From the NCBI GenBank assembly GCA_031372565.1, contig JANMLN010000043.1, positions 1 through 11,114 of the forward strand: a stretch of DNA of 11,114 nt, written 5' to 3'. The notes under the pieces were generated by a model that worked only from the letters and a program-made list of their open reading frames with translations, was not told the DNA's origin and ran no database searches. Source of the stretch: Gemmatimonadota bacterium. GTDB taxonomy: Bacteria > Gemmatimonadota > Gemmatimonadetes > Gemmatimonadales > Gemmatimonadaceae. This document shows positions 1 to 6,298 of this stretch, piece after piece. A program made the position numbers and the translations under genes. Numbering within the stretch: position 1 is the first letter of the stretch; each line of letters begins with the position of its first letter.

Positions 1-1
1 C

Positions 2-886
2 GATCCCGCGTTCGCGCAGGCGCATGCGGCGCTCGGCGAATCGTACATGACGCTTGCGCTGTACGGCGCGATGGCGCCTGCGGAAGCGGTGCCCGCCGCG
101 CGCCAGGCGCTGGACCGGGCCCTGGCGCTTCCCGCACAGCCTGCCGAGGCGCTGACGACGAGGGCCTGCATCGAGGCGGTCCATGAATGGGACTGGCGCC
201 GCGCGGAAGATGATTTCCGCCGTGCCATCGTCGCCAACCCCGCGTCACCGTCGTCGTCCCAGTGGTACGCCATGAACCTGCTGGTGCCACGCGGCCGGTT
301 CGGCGAGGCGCGCGAGCAACTCGCCCGCGCGCAGCTCATCGATCCCCTCTCCCCGGTGGTGTGGTTGAGCGTCGGCCTCTCGCACTTCTACGAGCGCGAT
401 TATCGAACGGCGATCGACACGTTCGACGCGCTGATCGAACGGGACCCGACGTTCGGCGTCGCCCGGATGTTCCTCGCCCAGGCGCTCAGCGTCATGGGCA
501 ACCACACCGCCGCCCTGGGTGCGCTCGACGGCGCCGTCCAGCTGATGGGCGAGAGCCGCGAGCTGCTGGCGGCACGCGGCGTCATCGCCGCGCGCAGTGG
601 CGACGAGGCCGGCGCTCGCGAAGCCCTTGCCACCCTCGAGGCGCGGGGGGCCACGCGCTACGTCTCGCCCGTGCTCATGGCGCAGGTGCAGGCGGCACTG
701 GGAGAGCACGCGGCCGCCGTGCGTTCCATCGAACGCGCGATCACGCTGCGCGCCAGCGATCTGGTGTGGGTGGGGGTGCGCCCCGTGTTCGACGCCCTTC
801 GCAACGTGCCCGGGTTCCTGCCCGCCATGGAGCCGCTCCGCTTGATGACCCGCTCCGGACCCTTCGCGGTGCCGCTCACGGCATAG
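2..886 (+). CDS. TPR-repeat protein, 5'-truncated; probably the C-terminal part of a TolB-like/TPR signalling protein (Ser/Thr kinase or cyclase associated)
   Basis: The frame is open from position 2 (DPAFAQAHAALGESY) before the ATG at 47, so the gene starts upstream of the window. It has repeated TPR-like helices (WDWRRAEDDFRRAIVANP, GRFGEAREQLARAQLIDPLSP, YRTAIDTFDALIERDPTF). The tail VRPVFDALRNVPGF resembles the 'DPxFDxLRxDPRF' end of this protein class. TAG at 884-886. Confidence 0.8.
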   Translation, partial: DPAFAQAHAALGESYMTLALYGAMAPAEAVPAARQALDRALALPAQPAEALTTRACIEAVHEWDWRRAEDDFRRAIVANPASPSSSQWYAMNLLVPRGRFGEAREQLARAQLIDPLSPVVWLSVGLSHFYERDYRTAIDTFDALIERDPTFGVARMFLAQALSVMGNHTAALGALDGAVQLMGESRELLAARGVIAARSGDEAGAREALATLEARGATRYVSPVLMAQVQAALGEHAAAVRSIERAITLRASDLVWVGVRPVFDALRNVPGFLPAMEPLRLMTRSGPFAVPLTA

Positions 887-900
887 GCAGCGCCGGCGCG

Positions 901-1287
901 CTACTGCGGCAGTGCGTAGTCGAACGTGTAGCGATGCACCTTCCCCTCGATCTCGATGCGGAACGTGCCGGCAATGCCGGCGAGTTCGCCGGTGCCGGAG
1001 TCTGGCACCACGCTGATGGCCAACTGCTGCGCACCGCGCGACATCGTACCGCTGTGCTGGAAGACGAACGTGCCGCGCTTCCCGCACAGCGTGCCCTCCA
1101 CGCGTTCGATCGCCACGTACGCGGCCGAGCCCTTGGTCTCGGTCATCGCCGTCAGCATCTCACCCGCGCCCGTGCCTGCGAGGTCCCCATGAAAGACCTT
1201 GTCGAGCCGGAAGCGCGCGGGGAGCGCGGCGGGTTCGGTGATCGGCGTCGTGGTGACATCGAAGGTGCCGGTGGCGACGAGCAGCAT
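901..1287 (-). CDS. DUF3224-like small beta-barrel protein
   Basis: Family-typical segments ATGTFDV, KVFHGDLAGTGAGEML, GSAAYVAIERVEGTL-G--GTFVFQH and VVPDSGTGELAGIAG. The ATG at 1287 (128 aa) fits the family N-terminus better than the GTG at 1317. Confidence 0.8.
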   Translation of the reverse strand: MLLVATGTFDVTTTPITEPAALPARFRLDKVFHGDLAGTGAGEMLTAMTETKGSAAYVAIERVEGTLCGKRGTFVFQHSGTMSRGAQQLAISVVPDSGTGELAGIAGTFRIEIEGKVHRYTFDYALPQ

Positions 1288-1380
1288 GGGGAGTTCCAAT
1301 GGAAGATGGACCGTCACGCGTGGCGCAGCAGGGCTGCAAGCTATGTCGGCCCGCGCTCACGACACAACGCGTGCGTGCGG

Positions 1381-2754
1381 CTAGAACGTTGCCGTGACCG
1401 AGACGAACCCCCACGTGTACGGCAGCGCTGCCCCCGTTGCGCGGAGGTAGTCGCCGGGCGTGAATCGCGCGACCCCGCCGTCAAGGCGCAGGTGTCGACC
1501 AACGCGCCAGATCGCCGTGAGGTCGGCCTCTCCACCGACGTCGCGCGGAGCGTTGGGGATGCTCGCACGCAGGACAGCACCCGTCACGTCATACGCGGCG
1601 TCGTCAACGCTCGCGCGCTGGAACGCGTGGACCGACGTTCGGATGCGCACCGAAGGCGTGGGCGACCACTGGCCGACGATTCGCTCCTCGATGGCGTTGC
1701 GCCGCCCGAGCACATCGGCGAAGCCCAGGAAGGCGTGCGCCAGCGGATACAGTTGGTCCCACGTGCCAGACTGCGCAGGCGCGCCCGCGCCCGTCCCGCT
1801 CGAGTAGTCCGCGCCGACGGTGATTGACGGAGCATGAGAACCGCCCCACGTCCGCGTCAGGTCGGAGACGAACATCCACGCCTGCACGGCGTTGCTACCA
1901 GCCGAGCCGACCTGCAGCCCACCCTCGAACTCATACGTCAACGCAGCGCCCGCCACTGCGCCGAGCGTGCGTGCCGCGATCGTCGTGCGCTGCGAAGCGG
2001 GCGCCGTGCCGGCCGCGTCAACACGCCGGACCAACGCATAGGCCTCGGTGATGGCACTTCCGCCCCGATCCCAGTTCACTTGGCCACCCCACAGACTCGT
2101 GTGCACGTCGGGCACGTTCATCCCGGCAGACACGATGTTCACCGGGTGCACCCAGAGCGCTGTGTACGCGAACGCGCCGGCCCGACCCTCGATCACGCCG
2201 CCCTGAAAGGTCCGACGCGCGTTCACCCAGTCGAGTGGCGACAGCACGCGCTCGCGACCGAAGAGAAGCTCCTGTCGGCCCAGCCGCACGGCCCAGTGAC
2301 CGGAGCCGATCGCGATGTCGCGCGCCTCCACGAAGCCCTGCTGCACATCCGCATCGTCGCGATCGGCCGTGCGGATGCCGCCGGGGAGGTCGCGGCCGCG
2401 TGCGCTCGCGACGCGCCCCTCGACGAAGGCACGCAGGTGGTCGGTCGCGTGGAGGTCGGCGTGGAGGTGAACCCGCACGAGTCCGAAGTTGTCCGTGCGC
2501 ACACCCGCGCCGCCGCCCAGGAAGTTGTCGTCGCGTTCGACGCGCGCGCGCACGTGACCGCCCAACGATAGCCAGGCCCCATCGTCCCACAGCGCGATGT
2601 GCTTCAGCGGATCCATGGCATCACCCGTCACCGGTTTCGACCAATCCTCCCGGTACCGGACCATCTCGTACGCGGGACGGGAGGCCGGGGCCTGAGCGGC
2701 AAGTGGCGCGACAGTCAGAGCAACCAGCATCGAGGAGTAGCGCACAACACGCAT
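1381..2754 (-). CDS. Alginate export (AlgE-like) family outer-membrane beta-barrel protein
   Basis: Signal peptide (MRVVRYSSMLVALTVAPLAA-Q). Family-like motifs RYREDWS, PLKHIAL, WLSLGGHVRARVE, RLGRQELLFGRERVLSPLDWVNARRTFQG and TWDQLYPLAHAFLG. Alternating beta-strand pattern and a C-terminal Phe (SVTATF). Confidence 0.8.
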   Translation of the reverse strand: MRVVRYSSMLVALTVAPLAAQAPASRPAYEMVRYREDWSKPVTGDAMDPLKHIALWDDGAWLSLGGHVRARVERDDNFLGGGAGVRTDNFGLVRVHLHADLHATDHLRAFVEGRVASARGRDLPGGIRTADRDDADVQQGFVEARDIAIGSGHWAVRLGRQELLFGRERVLSPLDWVNARRTFQGGVIEGRAGAFAYTALWVHPVNIVSAGMNVPDVHTSLWGGQVNWDRGGSAITEAYALVRRVDAAGTAPASQRTTIAARTLGAVAGAALTYEFEGGLQVGSAGSNAVQAWMFVSDLTRTWGGSHAPSITVGADYSSGTGAGAPAQSGTWDQLYPLAHAFLGFADVLGRRNAIEERIVGQWSPTPSVRIRTSVHAFQRASVDDAAYDVTGAVLRASIPNAPRDVGGEADLTAIWRVGRHLRLDGGVARFTPGDYLRATGAALPYTWGFVSVTATF

Positions 2755-2784
2755 GGGACAGGAGCCCCGGAAAGAGGAAGCCGA

Positions 2785-4035
2785 TCAGCGGAGTAGTGGA
2801 ACCGACGAGGGCGCATCACGTTGTGGCGCAGCCGCGTCGGCCGCGACGATCGCACCCGCGAGACGGGTGCGATCCGGCGGGATCCGGCGCTCCTGGTGAC
2901 GCACGATGCCATCCGCATCGAGCACCGTGATGATGTTCGAGTGCTCGAAGTCGAAGGACGGAAGCCGGCGATAGCTCACGCCCAGCAACGCGGCGAGCGT
3001 GCGGACGCTCGGCTGCGCCGCTGTGAGCAGGTGCCAGTGCGCATCGAGGTCCATGCGCGTGGCATAGGCGAGCAGCACGGCGGTCGAGTCGCGCCAGGAA
3101 TCGAACGACGCGAGTACGAAGCGCGTGCGCCCGCGCACATCAGCAGGCAGCGAGGCCTGCACCGCCTGCAGTTCGGCCGTGATCACCGGGCAGGTCATGG
3201 CGCACGAGAAGTAGACCATGGCGAGCACGACCGGTGCCCCGCGCAGCCCGGCGAGCGCAAACGGCGCGTCGGTCGCATCGGTCCACGTCGCGGGGACCGC
3301 GTACAACGATCCGCGCGGCACCGGCACTGTCGCCGCCGCTTGCGGTGGCCGCGCGGCCTGCAGATCGCGCGCGAGGCGAATGCCAAGGGAGCCGAGCGCG
3401 TACGACGCTCGCAGTGAGGCACGCAGCGCCGCCCGCATGAAGCCCGCGTAATTGGTAGGATCCGTTGCCAGCGCCGATCCGCCTGCACAGAAGAGCCCCG
3501 CGTCGGGATCTCCGTCACCACGCGACTCACCCGACGTGATCACGCTGTTGAAATCCTCCACCCACTCCCAGGTCTCGGGCCGCGCGATGGTCCCGGTCTG
3601 CATGTGGCCGCGCTCCAAGGCGAGCTCCCACTCGGCCGCGCTCGGTAGTCGCGCTCCCGCCCACTCGGCGTAGGCCGAGGCGGCAAACCACGACACGTAC
3701 ACCACGGGATCCCGGCCTGGTGCCGCACGGCCAAGCACCGTGTCGCCCGACCAGTGCCGCAGGTACGACGTGTCCGCCGCCATGCGCGCCACACGTGATC
3801 GCCGCCATTCGGGCCGCGCCACCACGAAGCGGCGGAACGCTTCGTTGCTGACGGGCTCCGTCGCGAGATCGAACGCGGCGACTGCCGACCGCCGCGCGAC
3901 GGTCGACGCGGCGTACAACGGGCGGATGCGACCCGCGGCCACGCGCTGCCAGCGCGGCGCCGGCTGCGCCGCGAGCACGGTCGCCGTCGCGCACAGCGTG
4001 GCGACGACCGCCGACAAGAGGCGATGCGGGCGCAT
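2785..4035 (-). CDS. Exported fusion protein: N-terminal FGE-sulfatase (NirV-like) domain plus C-terminal SCO1/SenC copper-chaperone domain
   Basis: Sec-type signal peptide. FGE-family motifs EPVSNEAFRRFV, PVVYVSWFAASAYAEWAGARLPSAAEWE, WEW and LGIRLARD (aa ~28-224). Pro/Ala-rich linker. SCO motifs LAGLRGAPVV, YFSCAMTCP (C278-x3-C282), SFDSWRDS and FEHSN (H365). The start ATG overlaps the nirK stop (TGATG). Confidence 0.85.
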   Translation of the reverse strand: MRPHRLLSAVVATLCATATVLAAQPAPRWQRVAAGRIRPLYAASTVARRSAVAAFDLATEPVSNEAFRRFVVARPEWRRSRVARMAADTSYLRHWSGDTVLGRAAPGRDPVVYVSWFAASAYAEWAGARLPSAAEWELALERGHMQTGTIARPETWEWVEDFNSVITSGESRGDGDPDAGLFCAGGSALATDPTNYAGFMRAALRASLRASYALGSLGIRLARDLQAARPPQAAATVPVPRGSLYAVPATWTDATDAPFALAGLRGAPVVLAMVYFSCAMTCPVITAELQAVQASLPADVRGRTRFVLASFDSWRDSTAVLLAYATRMDLDAHWHLLTAAQPSVRTLAALLGVSYRRLPSFDFEHSNIITVLDADGIVRHQERRIPPDRTRLAGAIVAADAAAPQRDAPSSVPLLR

Positions 4036-5579
4036 CAGTCGTGTCCCGCACCGCCGGCCTTCGGGACGTACTTGCCGGACGCACGGACTCTCCGCACGTC
4101 GGCGACGGTCACGCCGTCACCTGCGTTGCCGAAGGCGCCGCGCACGTACGTGAGGACCGCGGCGATGTCCGCATCCTTGAGCTGGAGCGAAGGCATCACG
4201 TTGTTGTACGTCTTGCCGTTCACCTGGATCGCCCCGGACAGGCCGTGCATCACGACGCCGATGGAGCGCTCCTTGTTGGCGAGGAGGAAGTCGCTCCTCG
4301 CGAGGGGTGGAAAGGCGCCCGCCACGCCCTGTCCGTCGAGCTGGTGGCAGGCCACGCAGTTGCCGGCGAAGAGTTGCTTGCCGCGCGCGAGCAACTCGTT
4401 CCGCGACGGCTCCCTGGTCATGGTCAACGCCTTGGGGGTCACCGCAATCGCACTCGGCACGGCCTGCACCGTGCTGCCCTCGGGGAGGTAGACGAAGTCG
4501 CCCTGCTTGCCCGAGTAGACCGCGACGTTCTGCGGCACCTCCACCTTGATCATGCCCAGCGCGCCCTTGTTGAAGGCGCGAAAGATCGAGTGGTCCACAA
4601 GGATGAACGTCCCGGGCACGTCGAACGTCATCTCGACAATCGCCGAGCCGCCTGCGGGAATGAGCGTCGTCTGCCCGTTGCGCTGGTTCGCGACCGACCC
4701 GCCCTCGGTGTAGATGCGGTCGAAGATCTCGCCGATCACGTGGAAGCTCGAGACGAGGTTCGGGCCGCCATTGCCGACAAAGAGGCGCACCGTTTCGCCG
4801 ACCTTCGCGTGGAGCGCGTTGTCGCCGACGAGGGCGCCCACCGAGCCGTTGAACACCACGTAATCGGGCTTCTCGTCGAGCGCCTTCTCCATCGCGAAGC
4901 TCTGCAGTCCGGGCTCGCCGTGCTTGCCCATGGTATAGAACTCGCTCTGCAGCACGTAGTACTCGCGGTCGACGGGCGGCAACCCTTCTTTCGGCTCGAC
5001 CAGGATGAGGCCGTACATGCCGTTGGCGATGTGCATGCCGACCGGCGCCGTGGCACAGTGATAGACGTACAGGCCCGCGTTGAGCGCGGTGAAGCTGAAC
5101 TGCGAACTGTGCCCCGGAGCGGTGAACGACGACGCAGCGCCGCCGCCAGGCCCGGTGACCGCATGCAGATCAATGTTGTGGGGCATGTGGCTTGACGGGT
5201 GGTTGTTCAGATGGAACTCCACCTCGTCCCCTTCGCGGATCCGGATCATCGGTCCCGGCACCGAGCCGCCGAAGGTCCAGAACGTGTATTCCACGCCGTC
5301 CGAGAGGCGTTTCGTGAGTTCACGCGTTTCAAGGCTGACGACGAGCTTGGCCGATGTGCGTCGCATGATCGGCGGCGGCACCTGCGGGGCAAACGTGACG
5401 GCGAGCGTTTCAACCGGCAGCGGCCCGCGTGCCGCTGCGGTGAGCGTGGGCCAGGCGCCGCCGACGGTGCCTGCGGTGCGGAGAGCGCCGTCACGTCCCG
5501 CAGCGAGTGCATGTCCACCGAGCGCGACCGCGGCGCCAAGGGACAGGGTGGAGAGGGTCAAGGAAAGGCGGGGCGTCAT
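4035..5579 (-). CDS. nirK: Copper-containing nitrite reductase (AniA-like) with fused C-terminal cytochrome c domain
   Basis: Type-1 Cu ligands H134/C175/H183/M188, type-2 Cu ligands H139/H174/H330 and catalytic D137/H280, found in [35 protein letters not shown] and LVDHS. Heme motif CVACH (408-412) with a likely distal Met in VMP (M462). N-terminal signal peptide. GAGGA ribosome site at 5584-5588. Confidence 0.96.
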   Translation of the reverse strand: MTPRLSLTLSTLSLGAAVALGGHALAAGRDGALRTAGTVGGAWPTLTAAARGPLPVETLAVTFAPQVPPPIMRRTSAKLVVSLETRELTKRLSDGVEYTFWTFGGSVPGPMIRIREGDEVEFHLNNHPSSHMPHNIDLHAVTGPGGGAASSFTAPGHSSQFSFTALNAGLYVYHCATAPVGMHIANGMYGLILVEPKEGLPPVDREYYVLQSEFYTMGKHGEPGLQSFAMEKALDEKPDYVVFNGSVGALVGDNALHAKVGETVRLFVGNGGPNLVSSFHVIGEIFDRIYTEGGSVANQRNGQTTLIPAGGSAIVEMTFDVPGTFILVDHSIFRAFNKGALGMIKVEVPQNVAVYSGKQGDFVYLPEGSTVQAVPSAIAVTPKALTMTREPSRNELLARGKQLFAGNCVACHQLDGQGVAGAFPPLARSDFLLANKERSIGVVMHGLSGAIQVNGKTYNNVMPSLQLKDADIAAVLTYVRGAFGNAGDGVTVADVRRVRASGKYVPKAGGAGHD

Positions 5580-5583
5580 GCGA

Positions 5584-5588
5584 TCCTC
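5584..5588 (-). promoter_or_regulatory. Shine-Dalgarno site of nirK
   Basis: The minus strand reads GAGGA-TCGC-ATG; the spacing is short (4 nt). Confidence 0.55.
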
Positions 5589-5628
5589 ACGAGGTGTGGC
5601 CCGCCATGCGGGCGTTTCATATCTGATT

Positions 5629-5649
5629 ACATCATGAGCATGTCAGCTT
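5629..5649. promoter_or_regulatory. Candidate Rrf2 operator upstream of nirK
   Basis: ACATCATGAGCATGTCAGCTT is 16/21 identical to 6202-6222 upstream of rrf2. It is an AT-rich island 49 nt from the nirK ATG. Confidence 0.6.
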
Positions 5650-5654
5650 TATGC

Positions 5655-5680
5655 GATGGCACCCGCGCAGGGGCGCCGTC
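5655..5680 (-). terminator. GC-rich hairpin just after the rrf2 stop; possible weak terminator or processing structure
   Basis: The minus-strand RNA GGCGCCC-CUGCGC-GGGUGCC forms a 7-bp stem with one G-U pair, plus 2 more pairs after a mismatch. There is no U-tract. Confidence 0.25.
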
Positions 5681-5684
5681 CCGA

Positions 5685-6155
5685 TCAGGATCGTCGTCGC
5701 CCCGCCACGTCCGCACGCGCACGAGCGGCGAACGGCCGCGCCCAGGACGCGGTCGGCGGACCCGCGGCCATGTCCGCGATCGTCGTCGTACGAAAGAAGG
5801 CGGTGACCTGGCTCGAGACACCCTGCCAGCGCTCGTGCGCCGGACACGGATTCTTGGCGGAGCACTCGGGACGGCCGAGCAGACAGTGCGGCCGCTCGTC
5901 GATCACCTCGAATGGCGCGATGACGTCGTGCAGTCGGATCGTCACGGCCGACCGCCCGAGAGAAAAACCACCCGACTTGCCGCGCGTGGACCTGAGGACC
6001 CCCGCTCGTGCGAGCTGATGCAGCGTCTTGGCGAGATAGTTCTGCGGAATTCCGAGCGCCGCGGACAACGGAGCAACCTGCACGAGCTCCCCCAGCGGTT
6101 GCTGCGCAATGAAGACCACGGCACGGAGCGCGTATTCGGCAGTCTGGGAGAGCAT
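5685..6155 (-). CDS. Rrf2-family transcriptional regulator with a predicted Fe-S cluster (3 Cys + His)
   Basis: Rrf2 N-terminus MLSQTAEYALRA (ATG at 6155), recognition helix IPQNYLAKTLHQL, wing STRGKSGGFSL and cluster motif C91-x6-C98-x5-C104-x2-H107. Confidence 0.93.
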   Translation of the reverse strand: MLSQTAEYALRAVVFIAQQPLGELVQVAPLSAALGIPQNYLAKTLHQLARAGVLRSTRGKSGGFSLGRSAVTIRLHDVIAPFEVIDERPHCLLGRPECSAKNPCPAHERWQGVSSQVTAFFRTTTIADMAAGPPTASWARPFAARARADVAGRRRS

Positions 6156-6201
6156 CGGGCGGTCGGGGTAAAGGTGAACTCCCGGAATATTGAACCTGTT
6201 A

Positions 6202-6222
6202 ACATCATCCACAAGTCATCTT
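6202..6222. promoter_or_regulatory. Candidate Rrf2 autoregulatory operator
   Basis: ACATCATCCACAAGTCATCTT lies inside the imperfect palindrome TTAACATCA-N8-TCATCTTAA (6199-6224), 46 nt from the rrf2 ATG, and matches the nirK upstream site. Confidence 0.6.
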
Positions 6223-6264
6223 AAATGGAGCGGCCCGACGCCATTCCCTGACAGTACCTGTGTC

Positions 6265-6293
6265 TTGACACTCTGTGTTGTAACACATACTCT
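6265..6293 (+). promoter_or_regulatory. Sigma70-type promoter of the MarR gene, probably giving a leaderless mRNA
   Basis: Perfect TTGACA (6265-6270), a 17-nt spacer, TACTCT (TAnnnT, 6288-6293), then only 5 nt before the ATG at 6299. No Shine-Dalgarno sequence. Confidence 0.7.
6274..6287. promoter_or_regulatory. Candidate MarR operator (inverted repeat)
   Basis: TGTGTT-GT-AACACA is a perfect 6-2-6 palindrome lying between the -35 and -10 boxes. Confidence 0.65.
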
Positions 6294-6298
6294 CCAGC

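Noticed and set aside
262..1827. 521-aa plus-strand ORF, and similar long alternative ORFs (245-1087, 1834-2571, 4041-5195, 5199-6224, 6627-7814, 7809-8696)
   Set aside because: They are Arg/Ala/Gly/Pro-rich or antisense shadows of well-supported genes and carry no motifs. Such ORFs are expected in high-GC DNA with few stop codons.
1381..2754. Alginate biosynthesis or export locus
   Set aside because: No other alg or polysaccharide synthesis genes are present; the family name alone does not imply the substrate.
3364..3954. Active formylglycine-generating enzyme or sulfatase maturase
   Set aside because: It lacks the catalytic Cys pair, and there is no sulfatase in the window.
3967..4035. 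Lipoprotein signal at Cys15 of the FGE-SCO protein
   Set aside because: ATLC does not fit the lipobox consensus, and an Ala-rich signal peptidase I-like site (VLAA-Q) follows.
5585..5594. CCTC-AC-GAGG inverted repeat as an RBS-sequestering switch for nirK
   Set aside because: A 4-bp stem with a 2-nt loop is too weak and sterically unfavourable to support the claim.
5623..5635. CTGAT-TAC-ATCAT as a canonical FNR/DNR/NnrR box
   Set aside because: The spacer is 3 nt instead of the 4 nt in TTGAT-N4-ATCAA and the outer bases mismatch. It is kept only as an unexplained dyad.
6156..6212. N-terminal extension of Rrf2 from the GTG at 6212
   Set aside because: The family N-terminus begins at MLSQTAEY (6155). 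The extension overlaps the AT-rich candidate operator and looks non-coding.
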